DNA of 60,000 nt. Source: Callorhinchus milii (taxonomy: Eukaryota). A program made the position numbers and the translations under genes. A model generated the notes under the pieces. It was given only the letters and a program-made list of their open reading frames with translations, made no database searches and was not told the DNA's origin. Position 1 is the stretch's first letter. Each line of letters starts with the position of its first letter. This document shows, piece after piece, positions 1-11,165 of this stretch. The stretch lies in the NCBI RefSeq assembly GCF_018977255.1, contig NW_024704742.1, positions 98,210,001 through 98,270,000 of the forward strand, given 5' to 3'.

Positions 1-108
1 TGGCTTTTGAGTGGAATAAGTGAAGTTTCTGGTTTCTTTTCTTGGCCAATTATTCATATCGATATGCATGTTAATATTTTCTATTGGAGATTGGAGATTC
101 TTAAGCAT
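1..108 (-). CDS. GPR22: 5' end of a coding exon running off the window; GPR22-like class A orphan GPCR N-terminus (MLKNLQSPIENINMHIDMNNWPRKETRNFTYSTQKP...)
   Basis: ATG at 108-106 in ACCATGC context, with an in-frame TGA 30 nt upstream. The frame is open to position 1 and contains an N-glycosylation sequon (NFT). It aligns without gaps to the human GPR22 N-terminus as I recall it (SPILEINMQSESNITVRDDIDDINTNMYQP vs SPIENINMHIDMNNWPRKETRNFTYSTQKP, 9/30 identical). No transmembrane helix lies in the window, so identity is tentative and it may be a paralog. Confidence 0.45.
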   Translation of the reverse strand, partial: MLKNLQSPIENINMHIDMNNWPRKETRNFTYSTQKP

Positions 109-519
109 GGTGTTATTTGTGAGTGTGTGTTTGTGTCAGACTCCCATTTGACCCAAAAAAATATCATTTTAAAAAGCTTTTTCTTCCACTTGATGGATGG
201 AGTCAGATCTGAGGCCACCATGATCCCTTTGAAGGCAGAGCAGAACTTTGTAAAGCACATTTGTGGAAAGAGGGACAATGGAAGTCATTCAAAATGGGTA
301 ATTTTTCAGAATGTAATATTCTCAACCACTGATACCAATTGTATCTATAATATTTGGGTATATTATGAACTAGGTGTAAACCAGGTGTGAATTATTTATA
401 CATAGTTAAACACAAGCACAGAATAAGACCAATAACTAATGATACATATTATGCAGGCATTTAATTTTTGCTTTGCTACAATGCTATTTGGTGTGATCTA
501 TGTTGTAAATATATTAAGC

Positions 520-750
520 AACAATACATGAGAGGATCTACGTGTATAGAGAGAAGAGAAAAGTATGTGTGCATGTATAGAGAGGGGAGAAGGGTGTGTG
601 AATGTATCGAGAGGAGAGCGTGTTTGCATATATAGAAGTGGTGGAGGGTATGTGTATGCATAGAGATGGAGAGAGAGTGTGGTGTGTATATGTACATTAC
701 AGAGAAGGAAAATGTTTATGCATGTACAGAGATGGGAGGAGGGAGGAGAG
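520..750. repeat. Degenerate (GA)/(GT)/(TA) low-complexity tract
   Basis: Mixed gagaga/gtgtgt/tatata units. Confidence 0.8.
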
Positions 751-1289
751 TACAATTGTATTGGTATGGAGTGAAGTGAACCATTCGATTATTGCTCAAG
801 TGATTTACAAAGAACCGCCAAGGGGTATACACCTTCAGGATCCTTATTGTCACAATATTATGCAGACTATAAATTATACAGAGAAAAAAAGTCATAAGAG
901 CAGGATTTGAACTGCAGTGACCTTTGGGATCATCAACAGCAGGAAAGGGACATGAGAATAGGGACCAATGACAGGACACTGAGGAATTCTGATGTAATGA
1001 TCTGCTGAGAATATACTGGCCTTTTCTAATGGCAATTTAGCCAATGCATTAGACGATAGACAATGAGGAACAGTTGAATAGATAGATATACACAGATTTA
1101 TTCCTATGAATGGGGAAGACGTCATAATCCAAAACTGAATGAAGTACTATACAGTCAGGCCTTGTACTTTAGAAACAATCAGGAGTGAAATCTCATGAAG
1201 CTGCTGCGCAATTAGGATGCAAGAAAAACCTTATGTTAATCTGTGTTAACAACTCTAGATGTCACATCATCGTGAAAAAAGAGTGCAAG

Positions 1290-1650
1290 CAAGAAATAGC
1301 AATAGAACGTGCGAGAGACAGACAGACAAACTGGAGAGAGTAAGAGCAAGAGCGAATGTGTGAGAAAGTATGTGTGTGTGTGAGAGAGAGAGAGAGACAG
1401 ACAGAAAGAATATGCGACCGAAGAGAAAGTGTAAGAAAAAGAGAATGAAGGATCAAGAGAGAGTGTGTCAGAAACTGCATGCACTAGAGAGGGTGAGAGA
1501 GAAAGTGTGAGAAAGAGTATGAGAGAGTCAGAGTAAGTGTGAAAGAAAGAATGCACAAGCATAAGAGATTATGAGAAAGAGAGATAGTGAGAGATAGAGA
1601 GTGCAAGAATGAGAGTGAGAGAGTGAGACTGAGAGAAAGTGAGAGAGAAC
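1290..1650. repeat. Degenerate (GA)n/(GT)n purine-rich tract
   Basis: Runs such as tgtgtgtgtgtgagagagagagagacag and gagagtgagagagtgag. Confidence 0.85.
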
Positions 1651-4600
1651 ATATCCTTTACAGTCGCCTTCAGTTTCCAAAGTATTTGTCCAGAGGGATC
1701 ACAAAAGTGAAAAGCATGTATGTGGAAGATGGGCACTGCATAATGATCTCCATTATTACATTACATGTACTTTACACAACATTTTCTTGTCTAATTAATT
1801 TTGTTCATTAACCATTTTAATACCTTTCTGTTTAGCCTTTATTCTCTGATTGTCCTCACATTGCACAGAACTTCTGCACTGCCTTAAGGAACGAAAGGGA
1901 GAACTACCCTCTGTTGGTACTTACTAAAGCCAAGTCGAGACATACCCATTGTTATACTGTATTTTTATCATTCCCTGGCCACTGGCATGAAGTGATTTAA
2001 AAACAATTTTTTTAAAATAGTTTTGCATTTCCTGCCATGACAGAGCCTTTACAGTGTCATACTACATTCTGTTAGTCATGGCTAACCAGTGTTTAATAAG
2101 CAAACACAGCTAACCTTTATCTAAGAGCTCTGTAAAATCATTAACAGGTGAATAGTTCCAGAACAACTTACACTTATATAGTGCCTTTCACACCGGGTAC
2201 TGTCTCGATGTCCTAAACCATTGAACTAATCAAGCAGTCCTTTCACACCTGTTTTTCAACATCATACAACTCTCACTTCTTCACCTCCTGACGTCTTGTT
2301 TGTGCGGATTTCCTTTTCACGACATCTCGTCTTGTTTTACAAGCCTGCTTAATGCAAAGGTCTGGCTAATACCATTCAGTTCAACTGGTGAAGTGGGTCC
2401 AAATGATAAAAGGATTCTACTGGGATAATGCTTACTTTCTTTCTTACAGCAATTATTAAGGGTTGCTGCAGCATCAACTCCAACCACTCCATAAGTGAAC
2501 AGAAAAAAATGACAGTAGGTTACTTACAAAATCCTTCATTGAGCTCTCTGCTGCAATTCTATTAGTGAACTCATAACCTTTATTCGACTCCTTTATCATT
2601 GGGGTTATTGCCTTCTCAATTTTAGTCCCTTCTAAGGTTTTTGCTTTTCATTAATGGTGTGAATACCCTTCTTTCATTTTTCTATTTGCTGAGGATACTG
2701 TCCCCTTTTCTTTTCATTACTGAAACTCTTCGCTCTCAATTCTCAGTTATTGGGTTCAGAACCTCCTTTCAATGGTTTGTAATTGAGATCTGATTTTTTT
2801 CCTTTTCCGTGGAGGTGTGTAGCCTTCTCTCAATTTTCTACACTGATTGTAGGCTTACCACGTCTTCCAAGCAACTGAGATCATGACCTTCCTCACCATT
2901 GCAGGGCGTTTTTTCCCTTCAGAACCACTCTCATGTAGTGCAGCTTTCACCTTTGTCTGTAAGCTCCACCTTCATTATAGCATGATCTTTGAGAGCCATG
3001 CATTGCTATAATGGGCAGCACACTATAATGATTGCCCTGTGACACAACACAAAATGTAACACGAAAAAAAGTTTGAAGCCTTGACCCAGCAGCCTTTTTA
3101 GCTGATTATGTTATGACCAAGAGCCATGTAGTGAGGGAGGGGTGTAATTGAACTGACTGTTACTTTACATTTTTCTGTCATCTTGATTCTACTGGTCATG
3201 TTTCCCCCTCATTATGCACTTGTTCATTTCAGTTCTTTACTGCCTCTGGTGCAGGTTGATACAAAGCATGTCTGGATTCTACTCTACATTTTCTGCTAAT
3301 TATTCCAAGCGCTTCAGCAAGATCCTACAGCCAGACACCGTTAAAGGGATCAATTTAGACACTAGTTTGCTACTTTGCTTCAGCAGGGCATAATTTGCAG
3401 TGATCAAATGGCAAGAGTTCAGCGCTCAAATATTCTATTACCACTACATCTAGAAAAAGCACATTTTAGTGCATTTAAGTGCTGCACATGCACTATAAAG
3501 AATGTAAGTATGTTGCTGTATTTTCTTACTGTGCTATTTGTATTAAAATGCAAATTAAAATTGCGGATATTGGGGTAAATTTACAGAATTTCATGATTAT
3601 TTTATCAAATATCTTATGAAATGTCACAAATTTCAAACCAGCATTTTTTCTTTACTCCTGTGAAACTTAGTAACATTTCTCAAATTCACCAAAAAAGCTG
3701 TAATTTTCCTCCTTCCCCTGAATAAAAAGAATAAAGTCATTAAATCTCTGATTCATTACTTGACAACTTTTGTTCGTTTGTAAAATCACTGCTAAGAAAC
3801 CTTTGACAAGATTAATTGGAATCATTAATTTTGTTTGACAAAACAGAGTGTAGAGAGATGTATTTTATTTTAAATCATAGCACTGTAGGTAGGTGCTGCC
3901 ATAGAGATTGCATAATGACATTTTGAACACCGGACCTGTACTCCTTTAGACTGTAAATTCACTACAACATTTCAAGAAACAGATTGCGTGAATGATTATT
4001 CTGATACCCAAATTGCAGTGCAAGAAGTAGGCAGGATCACGTTAGATTGAAAAACTTTCCATTTATTTTCTTGCACTAAATAAGTTTCCATCACTCTCTT
4101 TCACAGGCTCTGCCCACTTAAATTCATACTGTACTATTTTATTGCAACAGAATGATAATGGCTTTAAAATGAAATTGGAACATCTTCCAAGAATAACATT
4201 TGATATTTTGTTGGGAGGGAGTACAAAAAGAAGTGAAGGTTGCTAGACATATTGGAAACAGAGAGGACTTATTCTCTTGGGTTAAGTACAGAAGCAACCG
4301 AAAGCCTCCCCCACGACAAACTGTACTTACTTTTACTTACTGTACAGCGAGACACACAAAAATGCATCGATATATAAAATGATTTCAGGATTTCCAGTTC
4401 TGATACAAATAATTCCAGTGCTCGGTTACAAAAGGGCACATCTCCTTCAACTACCCCAAACTGCACCTTGACAAAAGTATTCCAATATTGCACTGCAATT
4501 TTGTTCACACTGAGAGAGCAGCTCTCTCACTCTTTAACTGCCCAGCACTGCATGGTCATCAATGTGAATGGACCTGAGGACCTCAATCTAAGGTGATCCA

Positions 4601-4875
4601 ACCTGCTCTATAAAAGCCCTTTGCAAAAAAAAAATACAGAAACAAGAGTTGGGGGAGAATCAACCCTGGTGTAGCATTTTTTTAAAAAAATGCATCTTAA
4701 ACAACCCAGTGTTGTTTAATCATTGCAAAGGGAAGTGTCTCTATTCTGGGCGAAGCTGGTTGTGTGTGGTATACTGCCTCTGATCCAATCCACATGATTG
4801 AAGCCTGGGGAGGGGGGGGGAGAGGGGGTACCCAGGCTGGACTGCCAAGCGTGTTAATGTGGTCAGTGAGGTTGC

Positions 4876-4905
4876 TTGGTTGGTTGGTTGGTTGGTTGGT
4901 TGGTT
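4876..4905. repeat. (TTGG)n microsatellite
   Basis: ttggttggttggttggttggttggttgg. Confidence 0.95.
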
Positions 4906-5184
4906 GTACAGTATTTTTTTCGGGTCTCCAGCACAGTGCAGCGTTTTGACGGATGGAAGTAGGTCAGTGGAGCACATGACACCAACTGACTCTGTCCACA
5001 GCGCCAACCTAACACCTTTAACACACACCATTACAACTCAGCAGCATCCTTCAGCCTAAACACGCCGGACAGTGATACCCCATGGATTGCAATACCAGCC
5101 ACAGTTTATCAGTGTGGCCACGACAGTTTACGAAGCCCTTGAAAACATTGCATTGACATTGCATTGACAACTTATTTTTTTTCT

Positions 5185-5211
<27 letters not shown>
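5185..5211. repeat. (TA)n microsatellite
   Basis: Perfect tatata run. Confidence 0.95.
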
Positions 5212-5215
<4 letters not shown>

Positions 5216-5230
5216 AAGTTCACCAGTTAC

Positions 5231-5788
5231 CTCACATGCAAATAAAAACACAAGCACAGAGAAGATAACATTCACTGTCTAACCAGCTTTGAGGACACTC
5301 GAACCATTCCACACTGTTCATTAGTTCTTAAAATGGCATCAAACACGGCTTGTGTGTGTGGTGTGTGTGTGTGTGTCTGTGTGTGTAACCCATTTTGATT
5401 TTGAAAGTCAACTGCTTTTCATCTAAACAGTGATTTCTAACAAAACAAATAAACATGCAAACAAAAGCAACACTGGAAAATGCGTCAAGTTTACTCAGGA
5501 GAGGGGGGGAAATATTGCACTTAATAGCATCCAGAAATGGGGCAAACAATTTGCAAAACCTTTATAATGATGATGGCTGATACCCCCCCCCCACACACAC
5601 ACACACACTTTGCATTAGATTGGTTCGTAAGCAGTTTGGTGTAGACAGGGCTGATGTTGACAGCTTGTGCAGCTCCTGCACTGATCAGATCAGCGATGCA
5701 ATGGACCATATTATCAATGCTCAAAGTTTCTGCGTACAGTAACCAACACACGCAGAACATTTGCAGCGCCGCTGCTCTGATCTCAGGG
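5231..5788 (-). other. Putative second 5' leader exon of the GPR22-like gene
   Basis: Minus-strand acceptor ttttttttatatattgtttcag|CCC at 5790-5789 and donor GAG|GTAACT at 5230-5229. No long credible coding frame. The donor is less certain than the acceptor. Confidence 0.5.
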
Positions 5789-6059
5789 CTGAAACAATAT
5801 ATAAAAAAAAGTTTGAGGGGAGCAGCCGTGCAAACCACACACTGCTCTGTAAACCCACAGCACCCACCAAACCCTCTCCAACTCCGCGTAATGTTGCAAA
5901 CGTGGTCATTTCTCCCCCCCCCCCATCCCACCCCCACCACCCCACACACACACGCCCCCTCCCCTCCCCTCACCCCTCTCCCTTCCCCTCTCAACCCCCA
6001 CCTCTCAGCTGTCACAAACATTTGCTCAGCGGTTTTTGCAAACGTCTCTTACCTCGCAT
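5721..6059 (-). CDS. Predicted spliced uORF, join(6059..6053, 5788..5721): MRALRSEQRRCKCSACVGYCTQKL*
   Basis: GCCACCATG Kozak context directly followed by CGAG|GTAAGA donor; a 264-nt intron leads to the acceptor at 5789; TGA ends at 5721. Confidence 0.45.
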
Positions 6060-6220
6060 GGTGGCGACCTCAAATGCAAAACGATCATGAATGTGCATCA
6101 AAACCCAAATCCTTCGGCGAGAAAAGAAGCGAGAGGGCTTTTACAGGGAGAAGGCGACAAGAAGACTGTCAGCAGGTTGTTCTTCCACCATGTCTGATGC
6201 CTGGCTCTCTGCACCCCCTC

Positions 6221-6253
<33 letters not shown>

Positions 6254-6392
6254 CCCCTCCCCACCCCACACACCCCCCTCTCCCCACACCCAGTCTGTTG
6301 CAACTGCTCCTCAGCGCTCCGGGTCTGGATGGAACATGTGGGCTTTCACATGACATCTGCGCCGCTCTCATCCGTTCGTGAGTTGCACTGGG
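6053..6392 (-). other. Putative first exon (5' leader) of the minus-strand gene
   Basis: Starts ~30-35 nt downstream of a TATA-like box, is CpG-enriched relative to its flanks, and ends at a strong donor GAG|GTAAGA (6053/6052). Confidence 0.6.
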
Positions 6393-6490
6393 AACCCGGA
6401 GAGAGTGAGGCAGAGCTTCTTATAGCAGTCGGGGAAACACTCTGTCACTTACAACTCCTCCCACCGACCTGCTCCGGGCCAATCGCTGCC
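6385..6490 (-). promoter_or_regulatory. Pol II core promoter: NF-Y CCAAT box, TATA-like box and Inr-like site
   Basis: GGCCAATCG at 6477-6485 matches RRCCAATSR. Minus-strand TATAAGAA at 6424-6417 and CCAGTG Inr-like motif near 6389 give near-canonical spacing. Local CpG enrichment from ~5700 to 6500. Confidence 0.6.
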
Positions 6491-6596
6491 AAAAGCGCAC
6501 CAGGAACATCTCCAGTAAATAAATAACACTCAGCACAAAATGCTTTTTTTTAATATAAAAATAAAGAGAAACCTTTCTATCAAGGCAATCCCTAAT

Positions 6597-6657
6597 CCCA
6601 CACCACCATCACCATCACCACCATCACCATCACCACCACCACCACCATCACCACCAC
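6597..6657. repeat. (CAC/CAT)n trinucleotide repeat upstream of the promoter
   Basis: caccaccatcaccatcaccaccatcaccatcaccaccacc. Confidence 0.95.
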
Positions 6658-6809
6658 AACGTGTGTCGTTGGTACCCCCTTCACTGCACTGGTATTTTTG
6701 TTTTGCAACTCGCATGTGAAATTGGTGTAACTACCACTGTGTCGGGACCTGATCAAACATCCACCGTCCACAGCAAATGAGGCTGAAGAAAGAGCGTGTG
6801 TTTTTTTCT

Positions 6810-6836
6810 TCTCTCTCTCTCTCTCTCTCTCTCTCC
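6810..6836. repeat. (TC)n microsatellite
   Basis: ctctctctctctctctctctctct. Confidence 0.95.
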
Positions 6837-8196
6837 TTCCCTCCCTCCAAACGTTTTTTTTTTTTCAGTTCACTTAAAAATGCAATTCGCGCAATTACTG
6901 GAAAGTAATCTTTCGGGGGGTTTGCAGTGGTTGACCTGCAAAGGTGCAATGTGCCCAGTGAACTTGATTTAAATTGAGTGCAGAAGCGGATTTCACATCC
7001 ACTTGGGTTCTCACACACTCATAACACTGCATCATCTGAACTCCACTGGAAAACCCCCAAACAATTTAAAACTTTGCTGTTTTGATGGTTGGATGGGGCA
7101 AAGGGATAGAAAATAATGTTACGGATGTGGAATAATTAGATTGGAATTCTCTTATTATATGAAAATGAACAGAGCTGGAAAAAGACTGGCGCGGATCCAA
7201 TTTTGATTAAAAGCGGAATTTAAAATTTTCCTGTTACATTATGTTGGGACACCAGAATTGGATCTTTTTTGGTATTGCACCCGTTATGCAACGGACCCAT
7301 GAAGGGCCATATGCAGAGTTGCCGCCTGACCCAACAGGCCGTAGCAGAGATCCATCTGCATGTTGGTTGGAAGAGCATATGTCTGACTCCCCCCAAAAAA
7401 TGGCACAATGTAAACAGATTTCAAAGCTGGAAAATTAAAAGCGAAAGTTCGTACAATACAACATAATTTACACTTATGCATCGCCTTTCACGTCGAGAGG
7501 ACGTCACGTCGAGAAGATGTACGTTGACAGAAGGGAAGGAGGGAACAAGTCAGAACGACTTCGGAATGGAGCTCCAGAGAAATTGTATTACAAAAATTAA
7601 AATAATAATTGGATTGATAATTCAACAGGCTTTTTTCCCCCCAAAACAAAAAACACAACATTGAAAGTTAGGTTGGGAACAATATGATTTGGTTCCATTA
7701 CACATCTTTTATATTCCCAAACTAGTGCTCACAATTCATTTCAACAATGTGGTTTGCACCTATAAACACAGATCATTCATTGATTACACAACACTCGTAT
7801 ACTGTATTTTGCTTCTATTCTATAGAAATGTACAATTAGGCACTGACACTGAACTGAGTGCAGAAAGTGATTAGTTATATATGGTGCCTCATTTTAGAAA
7901 GTGAGTCTTGAATGTTGAATAGTACTGAATATAAATAGTGCTTAATAAGTCAAAGATTACACAAGGATTTTATGAAGTATCATTGAGTTATTTGAAAATA
8001 TTGAGGGTCCAATTTACAATATTTCTTAATGGCATGCTTAAAGAATCCAAGTTCCAGAAATTAAGACTCTTTACTATAATTGCAAGCATGTTGCGCCAAA
8101 CAGGAGGAACTGTGCTCCGATACAATCTACTTCCGCAACAGGGTTCCTAAAGGAGATGGGAATTCAAATAGGATTTTACATTAACAAGGAAGGTTA

Positions 8197-8540
8197 ACAA
8201 CAACAACAAATTACATTTGTATAGTGCTTTTCACCGGCCTATTGCTCATCCATCGCACCCTCTGCCCCATCATTGGAGATTGTGCTTTCAGCTACTATGC
8301 TCGAAACTCTGGAATCATCTCCCTCAATCCCTCCGCCTTGCCCCCTCTTTCCCCTTTTACAGTCCCGCCTGAAAGCCTTCCTCTTCAACCGTGCTTATGA
8401 CCACCTTCCCCCTCCACCCTGGCTCGGAGTCAAGCTCCACCACTGTTAAATGTTCTGAGAATCTACCCTGCATGGAGGGCACTATATAAATGTCAGTTGT
8501 TGTTGTTCTTTCACATCAGGAGGACTTTCCAAGGGCATAA
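8197..8540. mobile_element. Plus-strand L2 3' end (~8235-8506) inserted into a short minus-strand L2 tail
   Basis: Insert has L2 C-terminal 'ctttcagc...actctggaa' and the tail ggagggcactatataaatgtcagttgttgttg. The host tail (caa)n-ttacatttgtatagtgcttttcac resumes as tttcacatcaggaggac, with TTTCAC duplicated. Confidence 0.8.
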
Positions 8541-8559
8541 TCGGCAACTATTGTTAGGT

Positions 8560-10460
8560 TCAAGGCATTGAACTTGGGGATCTTCTGACAAATGGGGAAC
8601 AAGCAAATATGGTTCCCATATTTAGAAGAGCAACAATAATATATTTGGGATCTAGAGGCCATTGAACAAAATTTTTATAATTGGATGACTAATGGAAATT
8701 TACATTGGTAGCAAAAAAGATGATTATCTTCATGAAAATGACCTGATAAATGACAGCCAATGTGAATTGGAAGAGGCAGTTCAACATGACAAACCTCTTA
8801 GATTTTTGATTAGGTGACATCCCAATTCAATGGTGGGAAGCCATATGTCATAATTCACCTAGTCTTCTAAAGAGCCTTTGACTAAGTAAAACAACATTTA
8901 CCAACTGATATCACTGGCTAGCAAGATTAAAACATGGACATGGAATAGTAACTGGCTAAAAGGAAGGGAGGAAAAGGTAGTCATCAGGGGACCCAGTTCA
9001 AATTTAGGGGCGGTATTACGCCCTAGCATATATGACCTGAATTTGCAGACAATGTCAAAATTTGTCCAAAATTGTTGGAGGGAATTGGGGAATCAGAGGT
9101 TACAGCCAAGATTTTACAGAGCCTCATAGGGCATGCACCTAATGCAAAATATAACATATACAAAGCAAACAAATAAGAGGCATATATACTCCAAGGATGG
9201 TGTAGAACTTGCCAAAGGAAAGTAAAACCGAAGGTGATATAGGGTTGTTAGTTGATTGTCATTTGCCATGGTCAAACAATATAACACAGTAAGCAGAGTC
9301 TCTTTGGAGCTGAATTGGCTCCAGAGTGACATGTTTGGCAACGGAATGTTGGAATCAAGCCCTGTGTGCCAGTCTTGCTAGTCCAGTTCCTGAGCCAGGT
9401 GGGTCAGCAGTATTCTAGGACACTGCTGATGTCAGTACAACCAGTCTGGCTCATTGGCAGGACTTGGAAGGGCAGACCAGTCACTGGGGGCAGGGAGTCA
9501 TCCCACTCAGCTCCTGTTAATCCTCCAAGCTGAAACCCTAATGGGTAGGATGGACAAGGAGCAGGAAAGCTTGGCAGACAGTGCTATCAATGACAAGCTA
9601 TGTGGTTTTAGCTGGTTAGAATCCAGCAGTAGGTTAGAACCCATTGCCCACTCTGGAATCCCCACGCCATGGCTGCCAACCTATGCCTAATACTTTATGG
9701 TATTAAATAAGCAGAATGCGCTTCTCCCTGGGAGAGAGTGTGCATTCCATTCCAACAATTTATCTCTGGAATTTCTACATGTAGGTGGGATGCATTGATT
9801 TGTCAGTTTAGTTTCGATACTCATAACATGGTGCTGGATTTCTGCATGTGTCAGACCAGATGATCCCCCCAAAATAATAACACAATAATAAACAAAACAA
9901 ATTGAAAACTTGGCGGCAATGCCCAATTAGTTGAGTTCAAACACTAATAATCCCCAGAAGTCATACTCAAGATGTATAGTAATCTAGTTAGCACCTGGAG
10001 TATTTTGTGCAGTTTTGCTTGTTGTAACATAAAGAGATTGTCCAGACACCTAGAGGCAGTACAGAGGAAAGTAACAAGGATGAGCTATGAAGATTGACCA
10101 GTGAAGGTAGGACTTTTCAGGCTTGAAAAGACATAACTCTGAAGGGAGCTTCTAGTGATATCTAATATGCTTAACAGGAGAGAGAAAGAAAACAAAAAAA
10201 AACATTTGGTTATACCAAGGAACCAGACATTAATAATAATTAGAAGATTAGGGGAAAATTTAAGGATTCTGCAGGAAATTTCAGGAAAGAGGGTAATCAA
10301 CGCCTAGAACTCCAAGAAGGGTAGTTGAGAGCACAGCATAACTTTTTAAAGAAGCTGATGAATGTTGTAAAGGGAAGATGCTAGTTTGTGTCTTCTAGAA
10401 GAATGAGATCAAATAGACTGAATGGTCTTGTTCATTTGTATCTCTTCTGTGATTTTGTGA
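8560..10460 (+). mobile_element. Old, heavily decayed CR1 LINE (RT to 3' UTR), interrupted at ~9290-9900
   Basis: Remnants of CR1 motifs: acaaacctcttagatttt (TNLLDF), gcctttgac (AFD), tttgcagacaatgtcaaa (FADD-TK-like), ctggagtattttgtgcagttt (LEYxVQF). CR1-type 3' end gactgaatggtcttgttc...ttctgtgattttgtgat. Confidence 0.75.
9290..9680 (+). repeat. Unclassified dispersed repeat, copy 1 (hairpin at 5' end)
   Basis: Clearly homologous to the minus strand of 13563-13850 (e.g. ctggctcattggcaggacttggaagggcagaccagtc vs ctggctcatcggcaggacttagagggacagaccagtc); sits inside a CR1 copy. Confidence 0.75.
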
Positions 10461-11019
10461 TAGAAATTGGGTACAGGAATCTTATCTGATTTTTCTCTCT
10501 CTAATTTAAGGATGGAAGCCCAATGGTAGAGCCCCTAGTGAGGTTATCCAGCTAACTAAACATAAAATGCCGATGTACATTTGCAGATAGTAATGTTTTA
10601 TTTAAAATTGGAAATTGATGATGAACTACAAATCCAACAAACATTTTAGCCATCACTGATCAAGGACAGTGGTCTGCAGATTAATGTTACCATGCGACAG
10701 AAGGCTTTGAAAATTGCTTTAAGATTTTACAACAAACAAACCTAACCAATTAAATACCATTACATTAAATTATTTACCAGTGATTGTTGCAGAATGGTTT
10801 CTGCTTGAATAGATTACCTTGAGGTAGTTAAAGCACTCAGCTCTCAGTCTCTTCATCCAGCAAACACATATTGAAGCACTCATTATAACCATATGAGTCT
10901 TTAAGTTTGGACGAAATAGAGCCAGCAGTGAGATCACTAAATACACATTAAAGGATTTTATTTTTTAATTTCCATGGTTGTAATTCTACTGAAGCAGTTT
11001 TTAATTTGTAACTATAAAA

Positions 11020-11165
11020 CTAATAAATACCATGAAATCTAATTGAATGCAATTGATAAACAATATTATTAAATATAATTGAATACAATTAAGAGCCACT
11101 ATGAAATCTAGTTAATAGACAGTAATATTAAATCTAATTGAATACAATTGGTTAGGCAGTAAAAT
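11020..11165. repeat. Imperfect AT-rich minisatellite (~35-nt unit)
   Basis: Recurring aaatctaattgaatacaattg / aaatataattgaatacaatt. Confidence 0.7.

Noticed and set aside
7..390. 127-aa plus-strand ORF
   Set aside because: TTG start, no recognisable domain; it overlaps the better-supported minus-strand CDS start in antisense
4605..4620. Plus-strand TATAAAAG
   Set aside because: Isolated motif in AT-rich DNA with no supporting exon structure
4985..5078. RE1/NRSE-like half sites (ctgtccacagcgcc; ttcagc...ggacag)
   Set aside because: Too many mismatches to TTCAGCACCnnGGACAGnGCC to support a call
5654..6526. 290-aa plus-strand ORF, the longest in the window
   Set aside because: Runs through C-rich and (CA)n low-complexity tracts of the promoter region (PPPHPTPTT, THTHTH); splice and promoter signals are on the opposite strand
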